From Mobula birostris (taxonomy: Eukaryota), in the NCBI RefSeq assembly GCF_030028105.1, contig NC_092378.1, forward strand, positions 108,055,731 through 108,119,730: a stretch of DNA of 64,000 bases, read 5' to 3'. Positions 13,201 through 25,169 of the stretch are shown here, piece by piece. The notes under the pieces were generated by a model, which was not told the origin of the DNA, made no database searches, and was given only the letters and a program-made list of their open reading frames with translations. The position numbers were made by a program, and so were the translations under genes. The stretch's first letter is position 1. Each line of letters begins with the position of its first letter.

Positions 13201-15229
13201 CTTTTTCCTTGAGCAACAAATTTAACATAGCAGATGAATTTACTAGATCAGACAGTATCTGGGGGGGGGGGGGGGGAGAAACAGTCAACATTTCGGGCAG
13301 AGAAAAGGCCAGAATTGTCAGCTGTTTACTTCCCTCACTAGTTGTGACCTGACACTGCTGGGTTCCACCAACATTTTATGTGTATTGCTCAAGGTTTTCA
13401 GTAGCTACAGAATCTCGTGTCAATATTTTTTGTGTTGCCTTTTTTTGTTTGTACCAAGATCTTGAACTCTGGCCCTGTGAGGATCGGAAAATCTGTTTCC
13501 ACCTCTGTAGTTCCTGTCCTTGCAACTAATTTAGGAGTTGTCCCAACCAATCAAGTCACATCAGTCTAGCTAATTAATACTGCATCCTTTCATCTGTCTT
13601 AATCTTACTCAATGTTCTGACCACCATCTTGTTTACTGAAGAATTGGCAAAGTACTCTTCCTTGGAAAATGACCAAGATTAGTTTATATCCTTGGCCTTG
13701 ATTTTTGTCCTTGGGCAGTCTGGGATCAACAACTTTATCACAATCATTTTTCAAGGTGACTGGGAAAATCACAAATGAGGCAGGTACTGCTGATGGATTG
13801 GATGGATGGTTTAAGATTTCTGCTGTTTTTACTGGCATCTATGTGTATAGACTTGAGGTTCTGGTGTCATTCCAGAATCTGCTTCTCCAGTCTGAGTGGT
13901 GACAGGACAGGGATTCCCAGAAGTCAGTAGATGTTGCCTTTTCTCTTCAGAGAGGCTTTGAACACATCCTCAAAAGGTTTCTTTAGCTTACCTGGGAATC
14001 TCTTGCAGTGACAATAAATGTGTCAACAATGAGGTCTGTCCAATGGAGAGTAAATAGTGTCTGCATTCCTTTTGTTCTGATGTCATCTCCACATTTCTCC
14101 ACCTGTGGTAACTTGCTCCTCAATTGACAAAGCCTGACAATCCCTGCCTCCCATGGAGCCTTTTGCCCCTCATCCTGAGAATTCTTTAAACTTATCTTTA
14201 AGAGAATAAAATTATTAAATTCTTTAAACTGTCTTGTACAGGAGAGTGAGGAGATCGTCACTCAGAGTTGCAAGGAAGTAGTCAGCCCTAAGTTGCAGGA
14301 GGCGGGTAGCTGAGTGACTGTTAGGAGAAGGAATGCGACAGTGAATAGGTAGTTAGCGCAGAGCACTCATGTGGCCCTTCTCAATAATAAATATACTGGA
14401 TGAACTCCCAGGGGACTGGCACTGAGCATGAGTCCACGGCACAGAAGGAAAAGAGGGAGAAGAGGGAAGCATTAATGACGGGACTTAATAGTCAGAGGAG
14501 CGGAGAGGAGATTCTGTAAACATGAGTGGGACACACGGATGGTATGTTGCCTCCCAGGTGGCCAAGGTCAAGGTCGCCTTGGATCATGTCCTCAGCATTT
14601 TGGAGGGAAAGGGGGAGCAGCCAAATGTCTTGGTACATATTAGTACCAATGACATGGGAAGGAAAAGCAAAGAGGTCCTGAAGAGAGAGGGTTTAGAGAT
14701 GTAGGCAGAAAGCTGATAAGTAGAGCTTCCAGGGTAGTAATTTCTGGATTGCTACCTGTACCACGTGCCAAAGAGGGTAGAAACAGGATGATTTGGCAGA
14801 TTAATACGTAACTGAGAAGCCGGGCTGGGGCTTCAGGTTCTTGGATCATTGGGATCCCTTCTGGGGAAGGTGTGACCTGTGCAAAAGTGACGGATTGTAC
14901 CTGAACCTGAGCGGGACCAATATTCACGTGGGCAGGTTTGTTAGAGCTGTTGGGGAGAGTTTTAAACTAACTTAGCGGCAGGTAGGGGTGGAAACTGGAG
15001 TGAAGGGAATCAAGACAGGTCAAAGTAAAAAGCGAAGACAGTGTGCAGACAGATGATAGGACAAAATTGCAGCCAGCAGGGTGAGTATCAGTGCATTAGG
15101 GATGCAGAATCAAAAAAGATCAGAAATGCAGTACTCAGTGTTATATCTAAATGGAGAATAAGAAATAAGGTGGGTGATATTGTTGCAGTTTTACAGATTG
15201 TCGGGTGTGATGTTGTGGCCATCACCGAA

Positions 15230-15508
15230 GGTGCAGCACTTGTTCTGCTTGCTGTGAGGGTGATCAGTAGGGAGAGAAGAATGGACAAGGAAGTCACATA
15301 GGGAGCGATCCTTGTGAAAAGCAGAAAGTAGTGGGAAGGGAAAGGTGTGCTTGGTGGTGGGATCCTGTTGGAGGTGGTGGATGTTTTGGAGAATTCTGTG
15401 CTTGACACGGTGGCTGGTGGGATGGTAGGTGAGGACAAGAGGAATCCTATCCCTAATAAGGTAGCGGGAGGATTGGGTAAAAGCAGATGTGTGTGAAATG
15501 GAAGAGAT
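15230..15508 (-). mobile_element. Older Penelope-like element internal fragment
   Basis: Aligns by eye with 16390-16690, the RVPLVLTYHP region. Confidence 0.8.
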
Positions 15509-16005
15509 CCTCTGAAATTTCGGTCCTACACGCCTCCCTTGTCTATTCGTCCTTGTCCAGGCAGCATCCTAGTAAACGTCTTCTGCACCCTCGCCAAAGC
15601 CTTGACATCCTTTCTATAATGTAGCAACCAGAACTGTATGCAATACTTGAGAGTGAACGCAGCAGGTCAGGCAGCATCTCTAGGAAGAAGTACAGTTGAC
15701 GTTTTGGGCCGAGACCCTTCGTCAAGAGTAACTGAAGGAAGCGATAGTAAGAGATTTGGAAGGGGGAGATCCAAAATGATAGAAGACAGGAGGAGGAGGG
15801 ATGGAGCCAAGAGCTGGACAGTTGATTGGCAAAAGGGATATGAGAGGATCATGGGACAGGAGGCCCAGGGAGAGGGGAAGAAAAAAACCCAGAGGATGGG
15901 CAAGGAGTGTAGTCAGAGGGACAGAGGGAGAAAAAGGGGGGAGGGAGAGAGAGAGAGAATGTGTGTATATAAATAACGGATGGGGTACGAGGGGGAGGTG
16001 GGGCA

Positions 16006-16332
16006 TTAGCGGAAGTTAGAGAAGTCAATGTTCATGCCATCAGGTTGGAGGCTACCCAGACAGAATATAAGGTGTTGTTCCTCCAACCTGAGTGTGCCTT
16101 CATCTTTACAGTAGAGGAGGCCGTGGATAGACATGTCAGAATGGGAATGGGACGTGGATTTAAAATGTGTGGCCACTGGGAGATTCTGCTTTCCCTGGCG
16201 GACAGAGCGTAGGTGTTCAGCAAAATGATCTCCCAGTCTGCATCGGGTCTCGCCAATATATAGAAGGCCACATCGGGAGCACCGGATGCAGTATGTCACC
16301 CCAACCGACTCACAGGTGAAATGTCGCCTCAC
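16006..16332 (-). pseudogene. Penelope GIY-YIG endonuclease domain (C-terminal fragment)
   Basis: GVTYCIRCSRCGLLYIGETRCRLGDHFAEH...VATHF...EQHLIF.LGSLQPDGMN: GIY-YIG with the CxxC/H..H pattern of PLE endonucleases. Confidence 0.93.
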
Positions 16333-16727
16333 CTGGAAGGACTGTCTGGGGCCCTGAATGGTGGTAAGAGAGGAAGTGTAAGGGCATGTGTAGCACTTGT
16401 TCTGCTTACAAGGATAAGTGCCAAGAGGGAGATCAGTGGAGAGGGATGGGGGGGGAACGAATGGACAAGGGAGTCGCGTAAGGAGCGATCCCTGCGGAAA
16501 GCAGAGAGACGGGGGGAGGGAAAGATGTGCTTAGTGGTGGGATCCCGTTGGAGGTGGCGGCAGTCACGGAGAATAATATGTTGGACCTGGAGGCCGGTGG
16601 GGTGGTAGGTGAGGACCAGGGGAACCCTATTCCTAGTGGGGTGGCGGGAGGATGGAGTGAGAGCAGATGTGCGTGAAATGGGGGAAGATGCATTTGAAGG
16701 CAGAGTTTGCGTGAACTCTGTGTGTTG

Positions 16728-17628
16728 TGTGACGAGAATACACATAGATTAAGATGTTTGCTGTCCTGTGCTGGCACCAGTGGGATCAGCAGTTGGTCTG
16801 CCACCTGTCTTCAGGAGAAAGAGAGATAAGGAAAACAATGGAGCAGCATTTAGAGATGTTAATGAAGGGACGGGAGAGTTTAACGGAAGGAGAGCTGTCA
16901 AGATCGGCTCCCCCTTTGAACCCTGAACTGTTTGAAGTGATGGACAGGCGATACCCCAGCAGGGGGATAAAAAGGGACAGGTTCGCTAAGGCAGGACACA
17001 CACGACACCCCGAGGTAACGAGACCCTGGAAGCGGTGCGTCTCCCACAAGTCGGTGGGAAGTTTTGGACGGCTGGTCGCGGGATCAAGCCATAGACGCAC
17101 AGGGTGGAAAGGCACGATCGGCGGGAACCTGGTGTGTGTCCACCCTTGCCTGGGTGCCAGGTTCACCGCAGAGAAATGATCGTATCTGGAAACGGAGGGG
17201 TCACGGTCCGTGACCTCAGAGGACATCACAAAGGGCTCGCACGAAAGCTGACTGCGAAGAATATCAAAGGTCTGTGTGGAAGCCGTTTGAATATTCATTC
17301 GTTTTGCTCTCTCTCTCCTTCCCCCCACTGTCCATCTCCCACCGCAGTGATTACTGCGAACTGAACTGGACTAAATTGAACTGAACTTTGCGTCACTTTG
17401 AAACTGGTCATTTACCCCTAGACAACGACAGAGCTTGATTGATCCTGTTATCTTAATTCTGTGTACATGTGTGTTTATCATTGCTGAACTGTTGCATTTA
17501 TTATCCTTTTGATTAGAGTACTGTGTTGCTTGTTTCTTTAATAAAACTTTCTTAGTTCTAGTAATCCAGACTCCAACTGAGTGATCCGTTTCTGCTGGTT
17601 TGGCAACCCAGTTACGGGGTACGTAACA
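16728..17628 (+). mobile_element. Solo LTR, 901 bp, apparently young
   Basis: Termini TGTGACG and CGTAACA (6/7 inverted match). TATA-like GATAAAAG near 16966, AATAAA near 17540, CpG-rich. Splits the Penelope repeat tip. No clean TSD (GTTG vs TAAG). Confidence 0.85.
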
Positions 17629-17751
17629 TAAGCTTGAATTTCCAGCATCTGCAGAATTCCTCGTGTTTGCAATACTTGAGATGCAGCCTAACTAGAGTTC
17701 TATAAATTTGCAACATCCTGACTTTTGAACTTTGTGTGCCTCGACACACAT

Positions 17752-17818
17752 GGTCTGGTCATTTAATTTATTGCTGTTTGTGGCATCATGTAGAGCTGAA
17801 ATTTGTTTCCTACATTGT
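17752..17818 (+). mobile_element. Possible DeuSINE-domain remnant (a second at ~37230-37345)
   Basis: TCTGGTCATTT...ATTGCTGTTTGTGG...GTTTCCTACATT resembles my recollection of the Deu domain. Short and degenerate. Confidence 0.4.
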
Positions 17819-17829
17819 ATCTGTATCAG

Positions 17830-20420
17830 AATCATCGTTGAAGGGTGGTTGTAGTTGGGAGCTGAATGCCCATGGTTACACATTGTATTGGAGGGATTGG
17901 AAAATAGGCAGAGGGGTGACATGGCTCTGCTGGTAAAGGATGACATCAAATCATTAGACAGATGTGACATGGGATCAGAAAATGTTGAATCCTTGTGGGT
18001 TGAGTTGAGAAACTGCAAGGGTAAAAGGACCCTGAGGACAGTTATATACAGGCCTCCAAAAAGTAGTTGGGATGTGGACTACAGATTACAACAGGAAATA
18101 GACAAGGCGTATCAAAGGGGCAATATTATGATCATGGGAAATTTCAACATGCAGGTAGTTTGGGGAAAAATCGAGTTTGTAATGGATCTCAAGTGAGTGA
18201 ATTTGTTGAGTGCCTACAAGGTGGCTTTTTAGAGCAGTGTGTCATTGAGCCTACTAGGGGATCAGCTATACTGGATTGGGTGTTATGTAATGAACCAGAG
18301 GTGATTAGGGAGCTTAAGATAAAAGTACCCTTAGGAGGCAGTGATCACAAACTTGAAATTGAATAGGGAGAAAGTAAAGTCTGACATAGCAGTATTTCAG
18401 TGGAGTAAAGGAAATTACAGTGGTATGAGAGAGAAGTTGGCCAAAGTAAATTGGAAGGAGATGCTGGCAGGGATGACAGCAGAGCAGCAATGGCCTGAGT
18501 TTCTGGGGAAAATGAGGAAAGTACAGGATAGATACATTCCAAAAATGAAGAAATACTCAAAAAGCAAAATAGTACAACCATGGCTGACAAGGGAAGTCAA
18601 AGCTAATATAAAAGCAAAGGAGAGGACATACAACAGAGCAAAAATTAGAAGAGAGGATTGGAAAGCTTTTAAAAACTTACAGAAAGCAATTAAAAGAATC
18701 GTTAGGAAGGAAAAGTCAAAATATGAAAACAAGCTAGCAAACAATATCAGGATGGATAGAAACTTTCCAAGTATGTTTTTTAAAAAGAGAGATGAGTGGA
18801 TGTACGACTGCTAGAAAATGAGGCAGGAGAAATAATGGGACAAGGAGATTTCAAATGAACTAAATAAGTATTCTGCATCAGTCTTCGCTGTGGAAGACAT
18901 GAGCAGTATGCTAGGTTTTGAAGGGGGTGAGGGAACAGAAGTGTGTACAGTTACTATTACAAGGGAGAAGGTGCTCAAAAAGCTGAAAGACCTAAAGGTG
19001 CACAAATCACCTGGACCAGATGAACTGCAGCCTAGGGCTCTAAAAGAGGTAGCAGTAGAGGTTATGGAGGCATTAATAATGATCTTTCAAGAATCATTGG
19101 ACTCTGGCATGGTTCCAGAGGACTGGAGAATTGCAAGTGTCACTCCACTCTTTAAGAAAGGAGGGAGGCAGCAGAAAATAAATTGTAGACCAGTTAGTCT
19201 GACCTGAGTCATTGGGAAGATGTTGGAGTCAATTGTTAAGAATGAGGTTATGGACTACTTGGTGACACAGGACAAGATACGACAAAGTCAGCATGATTTC
19301 CTGAAGGGAAAATCTTGACTGACAAACCTGTTGGAATTTTTTGAGATTATAAGTAAGATAGATAAAGGGGATGCAGTGGATGTTGTACGTTTGGACTTTC
19401 AGAAGGCCTTTGACAGGATGCCACTCATGAGGCTGCTTACCAATTTAAGAGCCCATGGTATTACTGGAAAGTTACTGGCATGGTTAGAGCATTGGCTGAT
19501 TGGTAGGAGGTGGCAAGTGGGAATAAAAGGATCCTTTTCCAGTTGGCTACCAGTGACTATTGGTGTTCTGCAGGGGTTGGTGTTTGGATGCTTCTTTTTA
19601 TGCTGTATATCAATGATTTAGATGATTGATTAGATGGCTGTGTTGCCAGGTTTGCAGATGATATGAAGATTGGTGAAGAAGCAGGTAGTGTTGCGGAAAC
19701 AGAAAGGCTGCAGAAGTACTAATCTAAGTACTAATCTCCTAATGAGATTGGGCAAGAGAGCGGCAAGAAATACAGTGTTGAAAAATGCATGCGCAGACTA
19801 TTTTCTAAATGGGAGAAAATCCAAAAATCTGAGATGCAAAGAGATTTGGGAGTCCTTGTGCAGAACACCCTAAAGGTCATCTTGCAGGTAGAGTTGGTGG
19901 TGAGAAAGGCAAATGCAATGTTAGCATTCATTTCAAGATTTCTAGTATATAAGAGCAGGGATGTGATGTTGAGGCTTTATAAGGCCTTGGTGAGGCCTCG
20001 CCTTAAGTACTGTGAATAGCTCTGGGCTCTTCTAAGAAAAGATGTGCTGATTGGCAAGGGTTCAGAGGAGGTTCACAAGACTGATCCCAGGAATGAAATG
20101 GTTATTACATGAGGAAAGTTTATGGCTCTCGGCCTGCACTCACTGGAATTTAGTGGGGGGGTGGGGGTCCTCACTGAAACTTTTCGAACGTTGAAAGTCC
20201 AGGCAGTCGATGTGGAAAGGATGTTTCCCATGGTGGGGGAGTCTCATACAAGAGCGCACAGCCTCAGGTTAGAAGGGTGTCCATTTAAAACAGATGCGGG
20301 GAAATTTCTTTAGCCAGAGGGTGGTGAATTTGTTACCAAAGGCTGCTGTGGAGGCCGCGTCGATAGGTGTATTTAAGGCCGAGCTTGATAGGTTCTTGAA
20401 TGGACACAACATCAAATGTT
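17830..20420 (+). pseudogene. CR1 ORF2 (endonuclease/reverse transcriptase), disrupted
   Basis: Collinear ORF pieces 17855-18196, 18067-18366, 18341-18814, 18890-19207, 19331-19621, 19789-20019 and 20122-20313 in different frames. Confidence 0.92.
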
Positions 20421-20819
20421 ATGGGAAGTGGGGCGGGGGTTGGTTGAAGGAACAGCTTTGATTGAATGGTTGATGATTGGAGCAGACTCAATGGGTCAAA
20501 TGACCCAAATCTTTTCGTATGTCTTATGGTCTTATTGTCCCAGCTATTGATTACTTGCTTTCATATTTCTTGGTGTCTGTGCCAAATTTTATTCACAATG
20601 CTCATTTGTGGTGCTTTGGGATGGAACTGGATGTTAAAACAAGGAAACAACCATTGTTCCAACCAATTGACTTTCTGCATATGTAATTAATTCCAGACAT
20701 GTTCACCATAATCTTAACTAATGTCAAATTTGTCAATGTGTTCTCTGCTTAAATTTCCCTGACAGTTCATATAACAATCTTACACTGTTCAGGATTTTAA
20801 AAAAACACCTTGCTTTCTT

Positions 20820-21760
20820 AAGTTAAAGATTGTCATCTGACAACAGGTATCTACAACTAAACAAAACAGCATTCCTCTGGACCATGGTAAAAACCAAAAT
20901 ACATATCACATACAGCTTGTAAAACAAAGTATTACCACAAATAAGCTAATAAAATATGATTTAAAATGCATGTGAAGTGCACAGTACAGTAAATTGTAAT
21001 AGTGATGAGACCACTATGATGGTAGAGAATGTCAGAGACTGGGGGAATTAGCTGTTGGCTAGTCTGGCAGTTCTAGTTCTGATGCGCCTGTACTGTACCT
21101 ACTTTCTGATGGTAGTGAGCCAAAGAGGTTTTGGGATGGTTGCTAGGGATCTTTAATGTTTCGGACCCCTGGTATGCAATGCTCCCAGTAAATGCCACAA
21201 AGAGCAGGGAGAGCGAACCCAGTGATCCTGTTGGTAGTTTTTACTATCCTCTGCAGGGTTGTGTTGTCTGGTATCTTGCAGCTTTCATATCACAGAATAA
21301 AGCAGCCAGATAGGACACTTGATGGTGCTCCTGTAGAAAGTTGTTAGAATGGGAAGGTTGAGCCTTGCACATCTCTATCTCCTCAAACTGTAAACGCTGC
21401 TGTGCTGCCTTGACTAATGAAGAGGTGTTGTGGATCCAGGTTGGATCATCCATTATGTGCAGCTCAAGAAACTTTGTGGTCTTCACTCTCTCCACAGCAG
21501 AGCCATTAACGTGCATTGGAGAGTGGTCGACCTGTGCCTTCCTAAAGTCCACAATAATCTCTTTTGTCTTTTCCACGTTGAGACTGGGGTTATTATTATC
21601 ACACCATTTGACTGGCCTCTCTGTATGTCGACTCATTATTGCTGTTGAGGCCAGCCACTGTTGCATCATCAGTGACTTGGTGTGGTTTGGACTGGATTTG
21701 GCAGTCCAGTCCCGAGGCAGCAGCATAAACAGATGTTCTAAAAGTTCTTCTGTCAAGGTT
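20820..21760 (-). mobile_element. Rex1/Babar LINE 3' fragment
   Basis: ORF 21244-21756 contains WCDNNNPSLNVEKTKEIIVDFRK...VNGSAVERVKTTKFL...AQQRL. Confidence 0.85.
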
Positions 21761-22033
21761 TTAAACCCCTCAGCAGCAGAAATTAATATTCTTGTATCTA
21801 CTTGGTCACTTTAATTTTAATTACTGCCTTAATTTAACCAAGTGTTGCACTAGTTGAAAGATTCATTGAATGATCCAACATTTATTACTGTATTTTTATA
21901 ATTTTCATGTGATTTTCTTTTAGAGATTATTCTGTTATCTTCATGGAGTAGGCTTCAACATCAAGAATTTCAGTGGTTCTTATGGGAAATTGATGAAAGT
22001 TCTATGATGCTTTGTTTAATTTGTATTCTATGC

Positions 22034-22093
22034 ATGAATCTGGTGATGAATTGAGTGATGAATCTGGTGGTGAATTGAGTGGTGAATCTGTGG
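22034..22093 (+). repeat. 12/24-bp tandem repeat at the CR1 5' truncation
   Basis: atgaatctggtg atgaattgagtg atgaatctggtg gtgaattgagtg gtgaatctgtgg. Confidence 0.85.
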
Positions 22094-22307
22094 AATTCTC
22101 TGCCACAGGAAACAGTTGAGGTCAGTTCATTGGCTATATTTAAGAGGGAGTTAGATATGGCCCTTGTGGCTAAAGGGATCAGGGGGTATGGAGAGAAGGC
22201 AGGTACAGGGTTCTGACTTGGATGATCAGCCATGATCATACTGAATGGCGGTGCAGGCTCGAAGGGCCGAATGGCCTACTCCTGCACCTATTTTCTATGT
22301 TTCTATG
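22078..22307 (+). mobile_element. Young CR1 3' end
   Basis: Near-identical to the reverse complement of 47633-47840. Ends in CTATGTTTCTATG tail. Confidence 0.9.
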
Positions 22308-22399
22308 AATCCCATCCCTGGAACGTTCAGGGATGGCTAGTGAAGACTTCTACTCTGATCCTGAAAACATAATGGCTTCTCATCCCTGAAGATGATTTC

Positions 22400-23470
22400 G
22401 CTGCCAGGTGGGAAGAGACTTAATGTTCTGGCAGGGAAGGAGCTGGGAAGGGTACCTTGAAGTTCTGTCTCCTGACAAAATGCTTGTACATTTTGTCAGT
22501 AGGTCAGGCAGAAGAGTAATGGCCAAGCATTAGATCATGTCATTGCCCGCAGGTTGGACTGAAAGAGTTTCCAGGGCACCTTGCAGTAAAGGTATGATGA
22601 TCATTGACTGCTGGATTGATCACTATCTAATCTGTATTGCCACCTCTATTGGATTAGTCCCCAAGACATCAACAGAAACGCTTCAGTAGGTGAATTGGTG
22701 TCAGAACTCTCATGGAATCCACAAAGGTAGCTTTCCTTAGCTACCTGAAGGCAGAGGACCACAGACGACCTATGACCTGAAGAATAGACTGTGCAGGAAA
22801 CTTAGCAACTTGTGGGTTCTTCATTGCTGTTAAGGCATCTACGATATAAGTACTCACCCTAGAAAGTGAAAACTTTTAAGGCCAAGCTCAGTAGGAATGG
22901 AGACAGTCCATATCCACCATTCAATACATCAAAGACCTCTTACGTCTGTCCTTAATGTGATCAGCCTTTACGCCACCCCATACAAACCTATTTGGTGCAG
23001 CCTTGCTGCTGCTCCTGAATGAGCCAAAGTTGTATATTAACCAGAAGGTAACAAGGCCTCTGGTATCCTTGCTGATGTTCCAAAACTGAATTGGGAAAGA
23101 GCTTGAATTATGAATTCAGAATCACCTGGTCTACATATGGAAGTGGAGGACATACTGGTAGATCTCTGAGATGCCATAATCATGAAGGGAAATGGATCCA
23201 GCTGCAGTAACTAAGGAGGGATCATTCTTGGTCTTTGTTGGCCATGTCCTATTGATCAGGGGGTTCCACCCTGAATTGTGGTACTCATTCAGATCACTGA
23301 GGCACAGTGCGTGAGAAATTTACTGACAACTCCTTTAAAGTTGTGGTGAGCAGCACCAGCCACTATACACAATTTTTAATCTGACATAAAGCCTTTGATT
23401 CCATCAGTTAGAAAGACTGTGGAACATTTTTAAATTTGGCTGACTGCAAATTTGTCACCATGCTTCAGCA
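22400..23470 (+). mobile_element. Highly degenerate RTE-like LINE
   Basis: 23380-23470 reads KAFDSI...KFG...KFVTMLQQ (RTE RT region). The upstream extent is uncertain. Confidence 0.45.
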
Positions 23471-23581
23471 ACAGAATTTACACAGTGAGCCCCGTTCTCT
23501 ATGGCTGCAGAATGTCTCCATGGGAGGCCTTTGCGGGAGAGGAAAGTGTCTCGGGACAGCTGAAAGTTCTGTACCTACGTT

Positions 23582-23907
23582 ACAGAACGTAAGAATAGTA
23601 CAGCACAGTACAGGCCCTTCGGCCCACAATGTTTTGCCGACCCTCAAACCCTGCCTCCCATATAAGCCCCCACCTTAAATTCCTCCATATACCTGTCTAG
23701 TAGTCTCTTAAACTTCACTAGTGTATCTGCCTCCACCACTGACTCAGGCAGTGCATTCCACACACCAACTACTCTCTGAATAAAAAACCTTCCTCTAATA
23801 TCCCCCTTGAACTTCCCACCCCTTACCTTAAAGCCATGTCCTCTTGTATTGAGCAGTGGTGTCCTGGGGAAGAGGCGCTGGCTATCCACTCTATCTATTC
23901 CTCTTAT
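23582..23907 (-). mobile_element. CR1 3' end
   Basis: ORF 23644-23889: TRGHGFKVRGGKFKGDIRGRFFIQRVVGVWNALP...FKRLLDRYM. Confidence 0.9.
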
Positions 23908-24499
23908 TTCTAAGTCAGTAATATGGACTGATGTGTATATTCCTTCTGGGATTGTGGTGTGGTTAGATGATATTTTAAAATGGAAATCTGGTGTTTATTT
24001 TGCTAATGAAGTAGAACAGTACAAATTTTACTCATAGGATTTTGTGTTTAGCCTTTACCAGCCTTACCTCTATGGTTTAAGGTGGTGGTGCTGCACAATC
24101 TCTTTTAGTGCAGAGGACCAGACTCTCCAAGGTGTTGCTGTCGTTGTTTGTGCTCTGTTAAACATTGTAGGCATTCTATGTTGGCGACACTTGCTGGCTG
24201 CTCCTACGTTGTGTTGTTAACGCAAGTGCTGCATTTTGATGTACACATGATAAATAAATAAATCTGAATCAGACTGGTGTTGTGATTCATAGGAGTCAAT
24301 CATCTGAAATTGGGTGGACCTTAAATGAGTTTAAATTTAAGACACAAAATGTATCCTTACCTAGTCTTAATTTTGTGGGTAACATTTGAGAATTTGTATT
24401 ACTGAATACACCATATAAAATTAATATTTGGATGTCAGAGGCATTCACAAAAAATTGAACTATTTTGGCAGCTGGTAAAGCTGGACATTTTTAGCATTT

Positions 24500-25002
24500 A
24501 CTGCTGACAAGCTGCATCTCCATCCAGGATGGGAGCAGCAGTGCAATGGATTGCAAGTCCCTACAAAAGACTGTGAAAACGGCCATGAGGATCATAGGGG
24601 TCTCCCTGCCAACCATTGGGGACATGTGCTGCATACACAGGGCCCTTAGTATTATCAAGGATCCCACCCATCCATCCAACATCCCCTTTGGCATTTTACC
24701 ATCAGGCAGGAGACTCTGATGCATAAAGACAAGAATGATCAGGGTGGGAAACAGCTTCTTTCCTCAGGCCGTTAAGCTTCTGAACCCCTGTATCACATTC
24801 AGTGTGTCACAGAATAATTTGTACTGTACCTACAATATTTAATTCCTGTACTTTGTTTATCTATGTGTAATTCATTTGTATTTTAATTCTTACTTTCCTC
24901 AGTTATTTTGTCTTACGTGTACTACTGTGCCTTGTCCGGACAAACATCGTCTCACTTTTTGGTATACGTGTGTATAGTTAAATGACCATAAACTTGACTT
25001 GA
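24500..25002 (+). mobile_element. Rex1-type LINE 3' end
   Basis: KSLQKTVKTA.RIIGVSLPTI...IIKDPTHP...LPSGRR...NSFFPQAVKLLN remnants, then tail AAACTTGACTTGA. Confidence 0.8.
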
Positions 25003-25169
25003 TTAGGCCCAGCTTGCTGTTTGCAGCGGAAGAAGTCAATACTAATTTGATAGTTGGTTTTGAAAGAAGAGTAGTCAAGGAACCGGTGTATAGGGTCTGG
25101 GCTGACATATTGTGTGAGCTAGGTGTGCCAATAACATCTGTTGTGCCCTTTTATGTGGCAAAGTCAGTT

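Larger units (their letters stand above)
15653..17667 (-). mobile_element. Neptune-type Penelope-like element, 5'-truncated, with inverted terminal-repeat tip and 14-bp TSD
   Basis: TSD TGCAATACTTGAGA at 15639-15652 and 17668-17681. Encodes RVPLVLTYHP, Cys linker GTYPCKQNKCYTCP (16381-16422) and a GIY-YIG domain. Opposite-orientation repeat tip at ~16714-16727 plus 17632-17667. Confidence 0.92.
15545..17745 (-). mobile_element. Antisense CR1 ORF2 fragment, split by the Penelope insertion at 15653-17667
   Basis: 15545-15652 and 17668-17745 join across a 14-bp duplication into the CR1 YCxQFW region also seen at 48140-48200 and 50420-50520. Confidence 0.75.
14240..20533 (+). mobile_element. Near full-length CR1 LINE (ORF1 esterase, ORF2 endonuclease-RT, 3' UTR), interrupted at 15230-17828
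   Basis: ORF1 remnant VLVHISTNDMGRK (SGNH-type GTND motif). Endonuclease remnants DVVAITE, ESLWVEL, IYRPP, IMGNFN, GGSDH. RT remnants KSPGPDEL, VPEDWRIASVTPLFKKG, LDFQKAFD, FADD at 19651-19662. Tail TCTTATGGTCTT. Many frameshifts and stops. Confidence 0.93.

Noticed and set aside
16754-17364. 141-180 aa ORFs on both strands
   Set aside because: They lie inside a GC-rich solo LTR and show no gag, pol or env motif.
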